From an uncultured Clostridia bacterium (GTDB lineage: Bacteria; Bacillota; Clostridia; Christensenellales; UBA1242), in assembly GCA_937896905.1 (NCBI GenBank), contig CALBOE010000002.1:56954-120953 (forward strand): a stretch of 64,000 nt of DNA, in the 5' to 3' direction. Each line of letters opens with the position of its first letter. Within the stretch, counting starts at the first letter, position 1. Position numbers and translations under genes: made by a program. Of this stretch, positions 1 through 13,593 are shown one piece after another. A model generated the notes under the pieces. The model worked only from the letters and a program-made list of their open reading frames with translations, was not told the DNA's origin and did not search any database.

Positions 1-596
1 CAAGAAATTTCACAAATATTGTGCTTATGGGTAGTGGCGAGCCGTTTGATAATTACGACAATGTTGTTAATTGGTTAGAACTAATAACGGCAGAAAGTAG
101 CTTTAATTTAAGCGAAAGAAATATTTCAATTTCAACTTGTGGCTTGGTTAATAAAATAGACGAATTTTCTAAACTTAACCACAACATAACGCTTTGCTTA
201 TCGCTTCATGCAACCACCGATGAAAACCGCAAACAAATTATGCCAATTGCCAACAGATATTCGATAGATGAAGTTATGAATGCATTAAAAAGATACGTTA
301 AAGAAAATTCAAGGCGAGTTGTGCTGGAATATTGTTTAATAAAGGACGTTAACAATACAGACGAAGACGTTGCAAGGTTAAAGAACTTAACTCGCGGGTT
401 AAAGTGCCATATTAATGTTATATGCCTAAATCCAAACGGGGGAAGTTTAAAGGCAACCACAAAAACCGAAGCGCATCAATTTGTTGCAAAACTTAACGAG
501 GCGGGGCTTTCTGCAACCTTAAGAAGAAGCCAAGGAAGCGATATTGAAGGCGCGTGCGGAATGTTGCGAGCTAAAACTTTAAAACAACACAAATAA
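1..596 (+). CDS. rlmN: Radical-SAM rRNA/tRNA adenine-C2 methyltransferase RlmN, C-terminal part (5' end outside window)
   Basis: Frame open from nt 3 (NIVLMGSGEPFDNY...). C-terminal SQGSDIEGACGML motif typical of RlmN/Cfr. Hairpin terminator follows. Confidence 0.85.
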   Translation, partial: RNFTNIVLMGSGEPFDNYDNVVNWLELITAESSFNLSERNISISTCGLVNKIDEFSKLNHNITLCLSLHATTDENRKQIMPIANRYSIDEVMNALKRYVKENSRRVVLEYCLIKDVNNTDEDVARLKNLTRGLKCHINVICLNPNGGSLKATTKTEAHQFVAKLNEAGLSATLRRSQGSDIEGACGMLRAKTLKQHK

Positions 597-599
597 AAA

Positions 600-625
600 T
601 TGGGGCAAACCCCAATTTCTTTTTT
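600..625 (+). terminator. Intrinsic terminator after rlmN
   Basis: TTGGGG-caaa-CCCCAA hairpin followed by TTTcTTTTTT. Confidence 0.8.
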
Positions 626-710
626 ATTTTAAAGGAATAAAATTCTGTTATTTGTTGCAATTTGTTTTAAAATATTTTTTATTTGTGTTATAATACATCT
701 AGGAGAATTT

Positions 711-1370
711 ATGCGTAAAGTTGTTGTTTCGGCATCTAGCTTGCCAGCAGGCAGAAATATGTCTGCCCAAATTGAATATTTGGAAAGAGTGGGAACGTAT
801 GGTGCAGATTTGTATCACTTAGATGTAATGGATGGCCAGTATGTTAAATATAAAACCGTAGATAGCACATATTTAGAGCAACTTAAAGAAAAATCAACCT
901 TATTGTTTGATGTTCACTTAATGGTTAAAAATCCAGAAAAAGTTGTTGCTAAATATATAAAGGCTGGCGCTAACATTATAACCATACACTACGAAGTTTT
1001 TGAAAATGAAGAAAAATTGATTGATCTTTTAAAATACATAAAGTCGAAGGGCGTTATGGCTGGTTTGGCCATAGACCAAGAAACAAAAATCGAAGTGGTG
1101 GAGAAGTTGTTGCCACTTTTAGATTTGGTGCTTGTTTTGTGCGTTAAGGCAGGAAAAGGCGGGCAAGAATTTAATAAAAATGCCTTGCAAAAAATTAAAT
1201 ATATTCGTTCGCTAGATGAAAATGTTCTAATTGAAGTGGACGGTGGCATTAACGATAAAACGGGTGCGCAGTGTGTTCGCGCAGGGGCGGACATTTTGGT
1301 TAGTGGTAGTTACATTTATAATAACGACACTTTCCTTGCAATTCAAAAGTTAAAAGGCAAAAATGGATAA
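711..1370 (+). CDS. rpe: Ribulose-phosphate 3-epimerase (divergent)
   Basis: HLDVMDGQYV, FDVHLMV and EVDGGIN motifs. AGGAG RBS at 701-705. The usual PGFGGQ loop reads KAGKGGQ. Confidence 0.75.
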   Translation: MRKVVVSASSLPAGRNMSAQIEYLERVGTYGADLYHLDVMDGQYVKYKTVDSTYLEQLKEKSTLLFDVHLMVKNPEKVVAKYIKAGANIITIHYEVFENEEKLIDLLKYIKSKGVMAGLAIDQETKIEVVEKLLPLLDLVLVLCVKAGKGGQEFNKNALQKIKYIRSLDENVLIEVDGGINDKTGAQCVRAGADILVSGSYIYNNDTFLAIQKLKGKNG

Positions 1371-2061
1371 TAGATATTTCTTCCAAACCTCACAAGCAAA
1401 TAAGGTTATATTCAATGGGCAAGAAGCTCAGCATCTTTCACGCGTTAGAAGGTGCAAAGTTGGCGATGAAATTGTTGCATTTAATGGTGATGGGTTAGAT
1501 TATCACCTTAAAATTACAGAAATAACCAAGCAAACAGTTGAGGCGGAAATTGTTAAAAAAACTGCCAACAGAGCAATGGAAGAAAAAAGCAATATAACCG
1601 TTTATTTGGCAAGTTTAAAGAATGATGCACTTTTAACAGCAATAGATAATCTTGCAGAACTTAACGTTAAACAAGTTAAAATTTTTAAGGCAGATTTTAG
1701 TGTTGCCGTGTTAGACAAAAAGAAGTTGGAAAAGCTTAATAATGTTGCAATTCAAGCCAGCAAACAATGTGAGCGGGCAGACATTATGAAAATTTCTTTA
1801 ATAGAAAAAAAGGATATCAAGGCTGATTGTAAGCACCTTAAAAGTTGCTTTTTTGCTTATGAAGACGCTAACACTGCTCCACAAAATTTTGGCGGGGATT
1901 TTGCTGTTGTTATTGGCCCGGAAGGCGGGTTTTCGCCGGCAGAGGTGGAACAGTTTTCAAGTTTTGCAAAAACAATCAGCTTGGGTAAAACAATTTTAAG
2001 GGCAGAAGTTGCTTGTGTTGCAAGTGTTGCAATGTTAAAGGCGGTGAATTATGAAAGCTAG
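1363..2061 (+). CDS. rsmE: 16S rRNA m3U1498 methyltransferase RsmE
   Basis: HLSRVRRCKVGDEI N-terminal domain. SPOUT C-terminus VVIGPEGGFSPAE...LGKTILRAE. Lies in rsmE-mtaB synteny. Confidence 0.85.
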   Translation: MDNRYFFQTSQANKVIFNGQEAQHLSRVRRCKVGDEIVAFNGDGLDYHLKITEITKQTVEAEIVKKTANRAMEEKSNITVYLASLKNDALLTAIDNLAELNVKQVKIFKADFSVAVLDKKKLEKLNNVAIQASKQCERADIMKISLIEKKDIKADCKHLKSCFFAYEDANTAPQNFGGDFAVVIGPEGGFSPAEVEQFSSFAKTISLGKTILRAEVACVASVAMLKAVNYES

Positions 2062-3295
2062 TGTTGTAACACTTGGTTGCAAAGTTAATGAATATGAAAG
2101 CCAATCTATTATGGCGCAACTAAAAGAAGAAGGGTATGAAATTTTTGAAGGATTAGTTCCGGCAGATGTCTATGTTGTTAACACCTGTGCTGTAACTAAC
2201 ACTGGGGAGAAAAAATCTCGCCAAATGCTTGCAAAAATAGAAAAACTAAACCCAAACGCAAAAATTGTTGTTGTTGGTTGTGCTGTTCAAAACAACCCTG
2301 CAAAATTTTTAACAAACAAAAATGTTATTGCATTAGCGGGTAACTATGGTAAGCACGATATTATTAATTTTATAAACAAACAAAACAAAGTTTTGCCTGA
2401 ACTGGAACATAATAAGTTTATTAACATGAAAAAGCCAATAGAAACCAGAACCAGGCAATACGTAAAAATTCAAGATGGTTGTAACTATTTTTGCACCTAT
2501 TGTTTAATTCCATATTTAAGGGGAAGAAGCCGAAGCAGAGATATGGCCGACATTTTGCAAGAAATTAAGAGTATGCAAGCAAATGAAATTGTTTTAACTG
2601 GCATTAATATGAGCGACTATCGCATTAATGGCGAGCTTGCCTTAAAAACTCTTGTTGAAGAAATTGATAAATTAAACAAAAGGTTTAGAATTTCTTCCAT
2701 AGAATGTAATGTTTTAACCGAAGAAATGTTAACAACACTTAAAAACTGTAAAAACTTTTGCCCACACTTTCATTTAAGTTTGCAGTCGGCCTGCGACGAA
2801 ACCTTAAAGCGTATGAATAGGCGTTATTCAATAGAGCAATTTAAACAAGTGGTTAAAAATATTAAAAAGATATTCCCAAATGCGTTTATTGCAACTGACG
2901 TAATTGTTGGCTTTAAAGGCGAAACCGACCAAGAGTTTGAAACAACTTTTAACAACCTAAAAGAAATAGGGTTCGATTTTATGCACATATTTCCATACAG
3001 TGAAAGGGCAGGAACCGTGGCGGAAAAATTGGGCGGAGATGTTAAAAAAGAAGTTGTTAAAAAGCGAGAAGAAAAATTAATAGAACTAAATAAGTTAAAC
3101 ATTAAAAAGTGCTATAACAAGAATTTAAACACAATGCACGCAGTGTTAATTGAAGAAGCTAATGAAAAAATGAGTTATGGCTACACAGAAAACTATATTT
3201 ACACGCAAATAAAAGGGAATTATCAGGTTGGCGAAGTTGTGAAAGTTAAACTAAAAGATGTTTGCCAAAATGGTATGATTGGGGAGGTTATTTAA
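2051..3295 (+). CDS. mtaB: tRNA t6A37 methylthiotransferase MtaB (radical SAM)
   Basis: N-terminal TLGCKVNEYES. Radical-SAM CNYFCTYCLIP. C-terminal TRAM-like region. Confidence 0.85.
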   Translation: MKASVVTLGCKVNEYESQSIMAQLKEEGYEIFEGLVPADVYVVNTCAVTNTGEKKSRQMLAKIEKLNPNAKIVVVGCAVQNNPAKFLTNKNVIALAGNYGKHDIINFINKQNKVLPELEHNKFINMKKPIETRTRQYVKIQDGCNYFCTYCLIPYLRGRSRSRDMADILQEIKSMQANEIVLTGINMSDYRINGELALKTLVEEIDKLNKRFRISSIECNVLTEEMLTTLKNCKNFCPHFHLSLQSACDETLKRMNRRYSIEQFKQVVKNIKKIFPNAFIATDVIVGFKGETDQEFETTFNNLKEIGFDFMHIFPYSERAGTVAEKLGGDVKKEVVKKREEKLIELNKLNIKKCYNKNLNTMHAVLIEEANEKMSYGYTENYIYTQIKGNYQVGEVVKVKLKDVCQNGMIGEVI

Positions 3296-3630
3296 TGGAA
3301 GATTGCGTATTTTGCAAAATTAGAAGAGGAGAAATTCCAAGCACAACGTTGTATAAAGACGACGACTTTATGATTATTAAGGATATTAATCCTCAGGCGA
3401 AAGTTCATTTGGTGGCAATTCCAACAGAGCACGTGCCACATATTGATATGTTAACAGAAGAGGGTGCGGCGTTGTTGGGTAAGATTATGAGCAAAATTTC
3501 CCATATGCAAATCGAACTTGGCTTATTAAATGGATACCGCCTTTTAATTAATCAGGGCAAAGATGCTGGGCAAACTGTTCACCATTTGCACATTCACATT
3601 TTGGGCGGCGAAAAACTTAAGGAGTTTTAA
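3295..3630 (+). CDS. HIT-family nucleotide hydrolase/transferase
   Basis: Histidine triad HHLHIHILGG. Start trimmed to the ATG overlapping the mtaB stop (taATG), with GGGGAGG RBS at 3281-3287. Confidence 0.85.
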   Translation: MEDCVFCKIRRGEIPSTTLYKDDDFMIIKDINPQAKVHLVAIPTEHVPHIDMLTEEGAALLGKIMSKISHMQIELGLLNGYRLLINQGKDAGQTVHHLHIHILGGEKLKEF

Positions 3631-3691
3631 TTCTTTTTCCTTGTAAGTTGTTTTAAAAATAAACTTTTAACAAACAATTTGGCAAAATCTC

Positions 3692-3720
3692 TTGACAATA
3701 TTATTTTTATCCTTTAAAAT
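3692..3720 (+). promoter_or_regulatory. SigA-type promoter of rpsU
   Basis: TTGACA (3692-3697), 17 bp, TAAAAT (3715-3720). Confidence 0.7.
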
Positions 3721-3754
3721 ATAGAAGAATTTAGAACTAAAAGTGGGTGAAGAT

Positions 3755-3943
3755 ATGACAACCGTTCGTTGTGGAGAAAATGAATCAGTTGAAAGCGCAT
3801 TAAAGCGTTTTAAACGTAAATGCCAAAAAGACGGCATTATTGGTGACTTGAAAAAGAAACAAGAATACGTTAAGCCAAGTGTTGCCAAAAAAGAAAAACA
3901 AAAAGCTGCAAGAAAACGTGCTATGAAAAAAGGACGTTATTAA
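3755..3943 (+). CDS. rpsU: 30S ribosomal protein S21
   Basis: MTTVRCGENESVESALKRFKRKC matches the S21 family. Start trimmed from the GTG at 3743 to the ATG at 3755. Confidence 0.9.
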   Translation: MTTVRCGENESVESALKRFKRKCQKDGIIGDLKKKQEYVKPSVAKKEKQKAARKRAMKKGRY

Positions 3944-3949
3944 AAACTT

Positions 3950-3975
3950 CACTAGCGTTTGCTAGTGTTTTTTTT
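3950..3975 (+). terminator. Intrinsic terminator after rpsU
   Basis: CACTAGC-gttt-GCTAGTG followed by T8. Confidence 0.85.
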
Positions 3976-4059
3976 GCTGTTTTTGCGGTGGGTATTGAAA
4001 ATAAAAAAAGCATAAAAAATAGAAATTTAATTTAAATGAGTTTTAAAAAGTTTAAATGC

Positions 4060-4088
4060 TTGCACGCAAACTTTTTATTTGATATAAT
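4060..4088 (+). promoter_or_regulatory. SigA-type promoter of pcrA (leaderless geometry)
   Basis: TTGCAC, 17 bp containing TGa, TATAAT (4083-4088). The ATG lies 6 nt after the -10 box. Confidence 0.65.
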
Positions 4089-4094
4089 CTAACT

Positions 4095-8334
<4,240 letters not shown>

Positions 8335-8402
8335 GTTGCACAAGTTATGGTTTGATGTTGCTAAAAATAAATAAAACTTTCTTTAATTTGTGTTAATTTA
8401 AT

Positions 8403-8431
8403 TTGGCAAATTGTTGCTTTTTTGGTATAAT
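8403..8431 (+). promoter_or_regulatory. SigA-type promoter of smc
   Basis: TTGGCA, 17 bp containing TGg, TATAAT (8426-8431). About 90-nt leader. Confidence 0.65.
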
Positions 8432-8520
8432 ATGCAGTATATGGGGTTTTGTGGATATTAATTTGCGCAAAAACCAAAAGCAGAGTATTATTTGGCTCTG
8501 CACACACAAATGGGGAAATT

Positions 8521-11500
8521 ATGATTACTTTTAAAGAAATTGAAATGATTGGGTTTAAATCGTTTGCCGATTCCACAAAAATTAGTTTTGATGGGGGCAT
8601 AACGGCTATAGTTGGGCCTAACGGGTGTGGGAAGTCGAATGTAAGCGACGCTATTCGTTGGGTTTTAGGTGAACAATCAAGCAAGGCGTTGCGTGGTAAA
8701 AGCATGCAGGACGTTATTTTTGCCGGAAGTGAAAAACGTAAAAAACTTAGTTATTGCGAAGTTTCCCTTGTGTTTGATAACAGCCAAAAGTGGTTTAACA
8801 TAGAGTACGACGAGGTTGTTTTAACCCGTAAATTATACAGAAGTGGCGAAAGCGATTATATGATTAATCGCAAACCTTGCCGATTGAAAGATATTAGAGA
8901 TATTTTGTACGATAGCGGCATTGGTAAAGACGGTTATTCTATTATTGGGCAAGGCAGGGTGGAAGAAATTATTCAATCTAAGCCGGAAGAACGCCGTGCC
9001 ATTTTTGAAGAAGCGGCAGGAATTGCAAAATATAAAGCCCGCAAAACCGAAACCGAAAATCGCCTTGCACGTGTTAGGGATAATTTAGAGTTGTTTGGCG
9101 TAAAAATGTCTGAAGTTGAACGCAGGTTAGGGCCATTAAAACGTCAAAGTGAAGACGCTAAAAAATATTTAGAATATAGGGATATTTTAAAACAACTTGA
9201 AATTAATGCCTATATTTATCAATTTGAACACGCAGCACAAACCAAACAAGATATTAACGTTAAATTGCAAGGATATAACGACAATTTAAGAATTTTAACC
9301 ACCAGTTTGGAAGCCGAGCAGGCAAAGTATGATAAATCTTTAAACGAAATCAATCAGTTAGATAAAAAATCCAACGAACTACACGAAAAGGTTTTAACGT
9401 CAACCATTGCTTTGGAAAAACAACAGAGCGATAGCCGTCTTTTAAGCCAACAAACTCAGCATTTGAAAGAACAAATGGACAGAATTGCCGACCAATTAAA
9501 TGCAAGCACAATGGATTTAAATCAGCGCACTGCATTTATAAACTCTGCAAAGGCGGTTCATGCAGAAGAAACTGCCAATTTAAATGCTTTGTATAGCCAA
9601 ATGCAAGAGGCAACAGCTCAGTACCTAGCATTAATAGACGAAATAACAAAAAGCGAGGGTGAAAAAGAAGAAAATCACCGTGCTATAATTGATAATTTAT
9701 CTAAGCTCACCGACATAAAATCTAACCTTTCTGCATATATGGCAAAACGCGACACTTTGCAAGAAAACATTCACACAGATCAAGAAAAATTGCAACAACT
9801 AACAGCGGAAAAGGGTAAGTTAGATGCAACAATATTAGACCTTGAAAATGAAGTTGCCTTGCTGAATAAAGGCATGGTTGAAAAGCAAAATAGTTGTGCA
9901 AGCTTAACAAAACAAGTGAAAGAATTAACCGAAACAGTTGAAAAACTTAACACTCAAATTTATGCAACAAAAACAAGTTTAAGTAACGATATAAACAGAA
10001 AAAATATTCTATCTAACTTGCAAGCAGATTTTGAAGGATATCAATTTGCGGTTAAACGTCTGCTTCAAGACGGCAAAACAAACTCCACACTTAACAGTGC
10101 AATTAAAGGCGTTGTTGGAAATATAATTTCGGTTGAAAGCAAATTCCAAACAGCAATAGAAATAGCTTTAGGTGGCAGTATTCAAAACATTGTTACCAAA
10201 GACGAAAACGATGCAAAAACCCTAATAAATTACCTTAAAGATAAGCATATGGGGCGTGCAACATTCTTGCCAATTAGTGCAGTTAAACCAAGAAGCATAA
10301 GTGCGGCAGATAGGCTATATCTTAATGCATCAGGGTGCTTAGGTGTTGCTAATAATTTGGTTAAGACCGAACCTCAATTTAAACCTGTTATTGATAGTTT
10401 GTTAGGCAGCACTGTGGTTTGTGATACGCTTGATAATGCAGTTGCACTTGCAAGAAAAAGCGGATTTGCGTTTAAAATTGTAACGCTAGAAGGTGATGTG
10501 CTTTCTCCACAAGGAAGTATGTCGGGCGGAAGCAAGAAAAGCAATGATAGTTCACTGCTTTCTAAGGAAAACGAAATTAAGGCTTTAACTAAAACCATTG
10601 AAGAAAAGTCACGAGAGATTGCAACGCTTTCTGCAAAACTTTCACAGGCAAGCAACAACCTTGCAAATGCTAAACAGGCATTAGAAAAAGAAAATGTAGA
10701 ACTTCAAATAATAAGCAACAACTATTATTCTGCAAACAGCAGGTTAGATGGTTTCAAATTAACTGACGAACAGTTTAATCAAGAAATTTTTGCATTGAAT
10801 AGTCAACTTTATATTGCCAAAAATATTGTTAAAGAGTTGGAAGAAAAAATTAATTCTATTGACCAACTTGAATTAGACTTTAACTCTTCGCAAGTTAAGG
10901 CAGACGAATACACAGCAAGCACCAAATCTGCTTATGAAGAGCTTAAACAAAAAAGAGATAAGCACCAGGAAATTTTAACGGCATCTAAGGTTAAAATTGC
11001 TTCAACCGAAGAAAAAATTAGAGCATTAAATAAGGATATTGAAACCTATTCGCAAGAAATTGAAACACTAAAAGCGTCTATTGAAAAATTAACAGCAGAA
11101 TATGAAAGCCAGCAAAAAGTGTATAGCCAAGCAATGCAAATTAATAAGGAAAAAGCGCAGCACGACAAATCTACCGATTTAGTTGCAGAACTGCACGACC
11201 TTAACACAAAAATTGCTCAGTTCGACGAATTTAAGCAAACTTTGATGAGGGAGTTAAAAGATACTGACGACAAAAAGCAAGAAATAACCAATGAAATTTC
11301 TCGTTTAAACAATAAAATATATCAGGAAGAAACAAAACTTCAAAAGGTTGATATTGATATTGAAAATATGCAAGAACGCATATATGAAGAGTATGAGTTA
11401 ACTTATAACGATTGCTTACCATTCAAAGACCAAGACGAAAACTTCGACATTAAAGAAACCCTAATTAAAATAAGCAGAACTAAGGGGCAAATAACTTCAT

Positions 11501-12120
11501 TGGGCTTCGTTAACGTTAACGCCATAGAGGAATATAAAACAGAGGGCGAGCGTTACGACAAAATGTTAACCGACGTTGAGGATTTAAGAAGAGCAGAAGA
11601 AGACGCAGTTAAAATTATTAAAGATTTATCGGCAGAAATGTTAGAAAAATTTAATGCAGAATTTGTTAAAATACAAGCAAACTTCTCAAAGGTGTTTAAA
11701 GAATTATTTGGTGGCGGGGAAGCAAGTTTACAACTTCTTCCAAGCGAAGATCCATTAACAGCAGGTGTTGAAATTATTGCTCAACCACCAGGAAAGAAAT
11801 TAAGCAACATAACACTTTTAAGCGGTGGCGAAAAAACAATGACAGCAATTGCAATTTTGTTTGCAATTTTAAAACTTAAACCAATGCCTTTCTGCTTCCT
11901 AGACGAAATAGAGGCAGCATTAGACGACGCGAATATTGATAGATATGCTAACTACCTAAAACGTTTTAGCAACGAAACACAATTTATTGTTATTACGCAC
12001 AGAAAACCAACAATGGAAGTTGTTGATGCACTATACGGTGTTACAATGGAAGAAAAGGGCGTTAGTAAAATTGTGTCGGTTAAACTTGCCGAGGCGGTTA
12101 AAGCAGTTGATGGCGAATAA
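8521..12120 (+). CDS. smc: Chromosome partition protein Smc
   Basis: Start trimmed to MITFKEIEMIGFKSF. GPNGCGKSN Walker A, long coiled coils, hinge, LSGGEK signature, FCFLDEIEAALD Walker B. Confidence 0.95.
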   Translation: MITFKEIEMIGFKSFADSTKISFDGGITAIVGPNGCGKSNVSDAIRWVLGEQSSKALRGKSMQDVIFAGSEKRKKLSYCEVSLVFDNSQKWFNIEYDEVVLTRKLYRSGESDYMINRKPCRLKDIRDILYDSGIGKDGYSIIGQGRVEEIIQSKPEERRAIFEEAAGIAKYKARKTETENRLARVRDNLELFGVKMSEVERRLGPLKRQSEDAKKYLEYRDILKQLEINAYIYQFEHAAQTKQDINVKLQGYNDNLRILTTSLEAEQAKYDKSLNEINQLDKKSNELHEKVLTSTIALEKQQSDSRLLSQQTQHLKEQMDRIADQLNASTMDLNQRTAFINSAKAVHAEETANLNALYSQMQEATAQYLALIDEITKSEGEKEENHRAIIDNLSKLTDIKSNLSAYMAKRDTLQENIHTDQEKLQQLTAEKGKLDATILDLENEVALLNKGMVEKQNSCASLTKQVKELTETVEKLNTQIYATKTSLSNDINRKNILSNLQADFEGYQFAVKRLLQDGKTNSTLNSAIKGVVGNIISVESKFQTAIEIALGGSIQNIVTKDENDAKTLINYLKDKHMGRATFLPISAVKPRSISAADRLYLNASGCLGVANNLVKTEPQFKPVIDSLLGSTVVCDTLDNAVALARKSGFAFKIVTLEGDVLSPQGSMSGGSKKSNDSSLLSKENEIKALTKTIEEKSREIATLSAKLSQASNNLANAKQALEKENVELQIISNNYYSANSRLDGFKLTDEQFNQEIFALNSQLYIAKNIVKELEEKINSIDQLELDFNSSQVKADEYTASTKSAYEELKQKRDKHQEILTASKVKIASTEEKIRALNKDIETYSQEIETLKASIEKLTAEYESQQKVYSQAMQINKEKAQHDKSTDLVAELHDLNTKIAQFDEFKQTLMRELKDTDDKKQEITNEISRLNNKIYQEETKLQKVDIDIENMQERIYEEYELTYNDCLPFKDQDENFDIKETLIKISRTKGQITSLGFVNVNAIEEYKTEGERYDKMLTDVEDLRRAEEDAVKIIKDLSAEMLEKFNAEFVKIQANFSKVFKELFGGGEASLQLLPSEDPLTAGVEIIAQPPGKKLSNITLLSGGEKTMTAIAILFAILKLKPMPFCFLDEIEAALDDANIDRYANYLKRFSNETQFIVITHRKPTMEVVDALYGVTMEEKGVSKIVSVKLAEAVKAVDGE

Positions 12121-12196
12121 GTGCGCCTTACAAAATAAATGGTGCATAAACCAATAACAACACAACATACAGAAATTAGGAGGATTTAACTAAACT

Positions 12197-13060
12197 ATGG
12201 GAATATTTAAAAAATTCTTTGAAAAGCTGAAATATGCATTTAAAAGAACCGAACTTAATGAAGATTTTTACGACGAACTAGAATCTCTTCTTGTTTCTAG
12301 CGATATGGGTGTTGAAACCGCTATGGACATTATGGACGAACTTCGTGCGGTGTGCAAGGCAAAACTAATTAAAGATGTGGAGCGTGCCCAAAACGAATTA
12401 GAGCAACTTCTAATAAACAAACTAGCAGTTGAACCAGTTGAATTTACCTACCCGTTAATCATCACAGTTGTTGGTATTAATGGGGTGGGCAAAACAACCA
12501 CCATTGCCAAAATGGCAAAGCATTTTATAAAACAAAAAAAGAATGTTCTTTTAGCAGCGGGCGACACCTTCCGTGCAGCGGCAACTGAGCAGCTTAATAT
12601 GTGGGCAGACCGTTTAAAAGTTAAAATTGTTAAGCAAGGCGAAGGTGCTGATAGTGCTTCTGTGGTGTTTGATGCAATTGCAAGCATGAAAGCCAAGCAA
12701 AATGATGTGCTTATTGTTGATACGGCTGGCAGATTGCACACCAAAACCAACCTTATGAAAGAGTTGGAAAAAATTAATAACATTGTAAACAGGGAATATC
12801 CAGAAGCTAAAAAACTTAACCTAATTGTTTTAGATGCTTCTATTGGGCAAAATTCCATTGCGCAAGTTAAGGCTTTTAAAGACAGCGTAAACATAGATGG
12901 CATTGTTTTAACAAAACTAGATGGAACTGCAAAAGGCGGAGTTGTTTATCCTATTATTAACGAACTTAAAGTTCCAATCATATTCACAGGATTTGGCGAG
13001 TCGGTGGACGATTTAGCCGTGTTTGATGCCAAGAATTTTGTAAACAAAATTTTGATGTAG
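12197..13060 (+). CDS. ftsY: Signal recognition particle receptor FtsY (NG domain only)
   Basis: GINGVGKTTTIAK, DTAGRLH and LTKLDGTAKGG. AGGAGG RBS. Confidence 0.95.
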   Translation: MGIFKKFFEKLKYAFKRTELNEDFYDELESLLVSSDMGVETAMDIMDELRAVCKAKLIKDVERAQNELEQLLINKLAVEPVEFTYPLIITVVGINGVGKTTTIAKMAKHFIKQKKNVLLAAGDTFRAAATEQLNMWADRLKVKIVKQGEGADSASVVFDAIASMKAKQNDVLIVDTAGRLHTKTNLMKELEKINNIVNREYPEAKKLNLIVLDASIGQNSIAQVKAFKDSVNIDGIVLTKLDGTAKGGVVYPIINELKVPIIFTGFGESVDDLAVFDAKNFVNKILM

Positions 13061-13069
13061 GAGTAGTTT

Positions 13070-13270
13070 ATGGATAAAAAAATCGTTTCTATTGTATACA
13101 CAAATTGGAAAGGTGTAACTTCAGAACGCAATATTATTCCCAAAAACATTTTTTGGGGTTCAACAGAATGGCATAAAGAAGAACAATGGCTTTTAAATGC
13201 CTTTGATGTAGACAAACAAGAGGATAGAGCATTTGCATTAAAAGACATAACATCTTGGAAGGCGATTTAA
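13070..13270 (+). CDS. Small hypothetical protein, WYL-like fold suspected
   Basis: 66 aa. TAGGAG RBS overlaps the ftsY stop. The pattern IVYTNWKG..SERNIIP....WLLNAFD.....RAFALKDI resembles a WYL-domain core. Confidence 0.55.
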   Translation: MDKKIVSIVYTNWKGVTSERNIIPKNIFWGSTEWHKEEQWLLNAFDVDKQEDRAFALKDITSWKAI

Positions 13271-13274
13271 AATT

Positions 13275-13592
13275 ATGAACATAGAAGAAAGAGTAAACTT
13301 TGCCATTTTGGTTAAATATTATGGCAATATGCTAACAGAAAGGCAACGAAACATTATCAAAATGTATGTAGATAACAACCTTTCGCTTGCTGAAGTTAGC
13401 GAAGAACTTAAAATATCTCGTCAGGCAGTTAAAGATGCATTAGATACAGCCCTAAACTCGCTTAACAATATGGAAGAAAAGTTGCAATTCATAGCAAGAG
13501 ATAACAAAATAAAAGAAATTATAGACAACACAACTTTACAACAAATGGACATTGCAACCAAACTGCAATTAATAACAATTTTGGAGGATTAA
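13275..13592 (+). CDS. ylxM: UPF0122 / YlxM putative HTH protein of the ffh operon
   Basis: YYGNMLTERQRNII..NLSLAEVSEELKISRQAVKDAL (sigma-70 region 4-like). Conserved position directly upstream of ffh. Confidence 0.85.
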   Translation: MNIEERVNFAILVKYYGNMLTERQRNIIKMYVDNNLSLAEVSEELKISRQAVKDALDTALNSLNNMEEKLQFIARDNKIKEIIDNTTLQQMDIATKLQLITILED

Positions 13593-13593
13593 A

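Noticed and set aside
8449-8520. N-terminal extensions in the ORF track (smc here; also 3262, 19060, 25389, 27213, 29784, 32864, 35167, 38109, 42301, 45580, 52160 and 53953)
   Set aside because: In each case a downstream start has a proper RBS and matches the family N-terminus, while the upstream part overlaps a promoter, a leader or the preceding gene.
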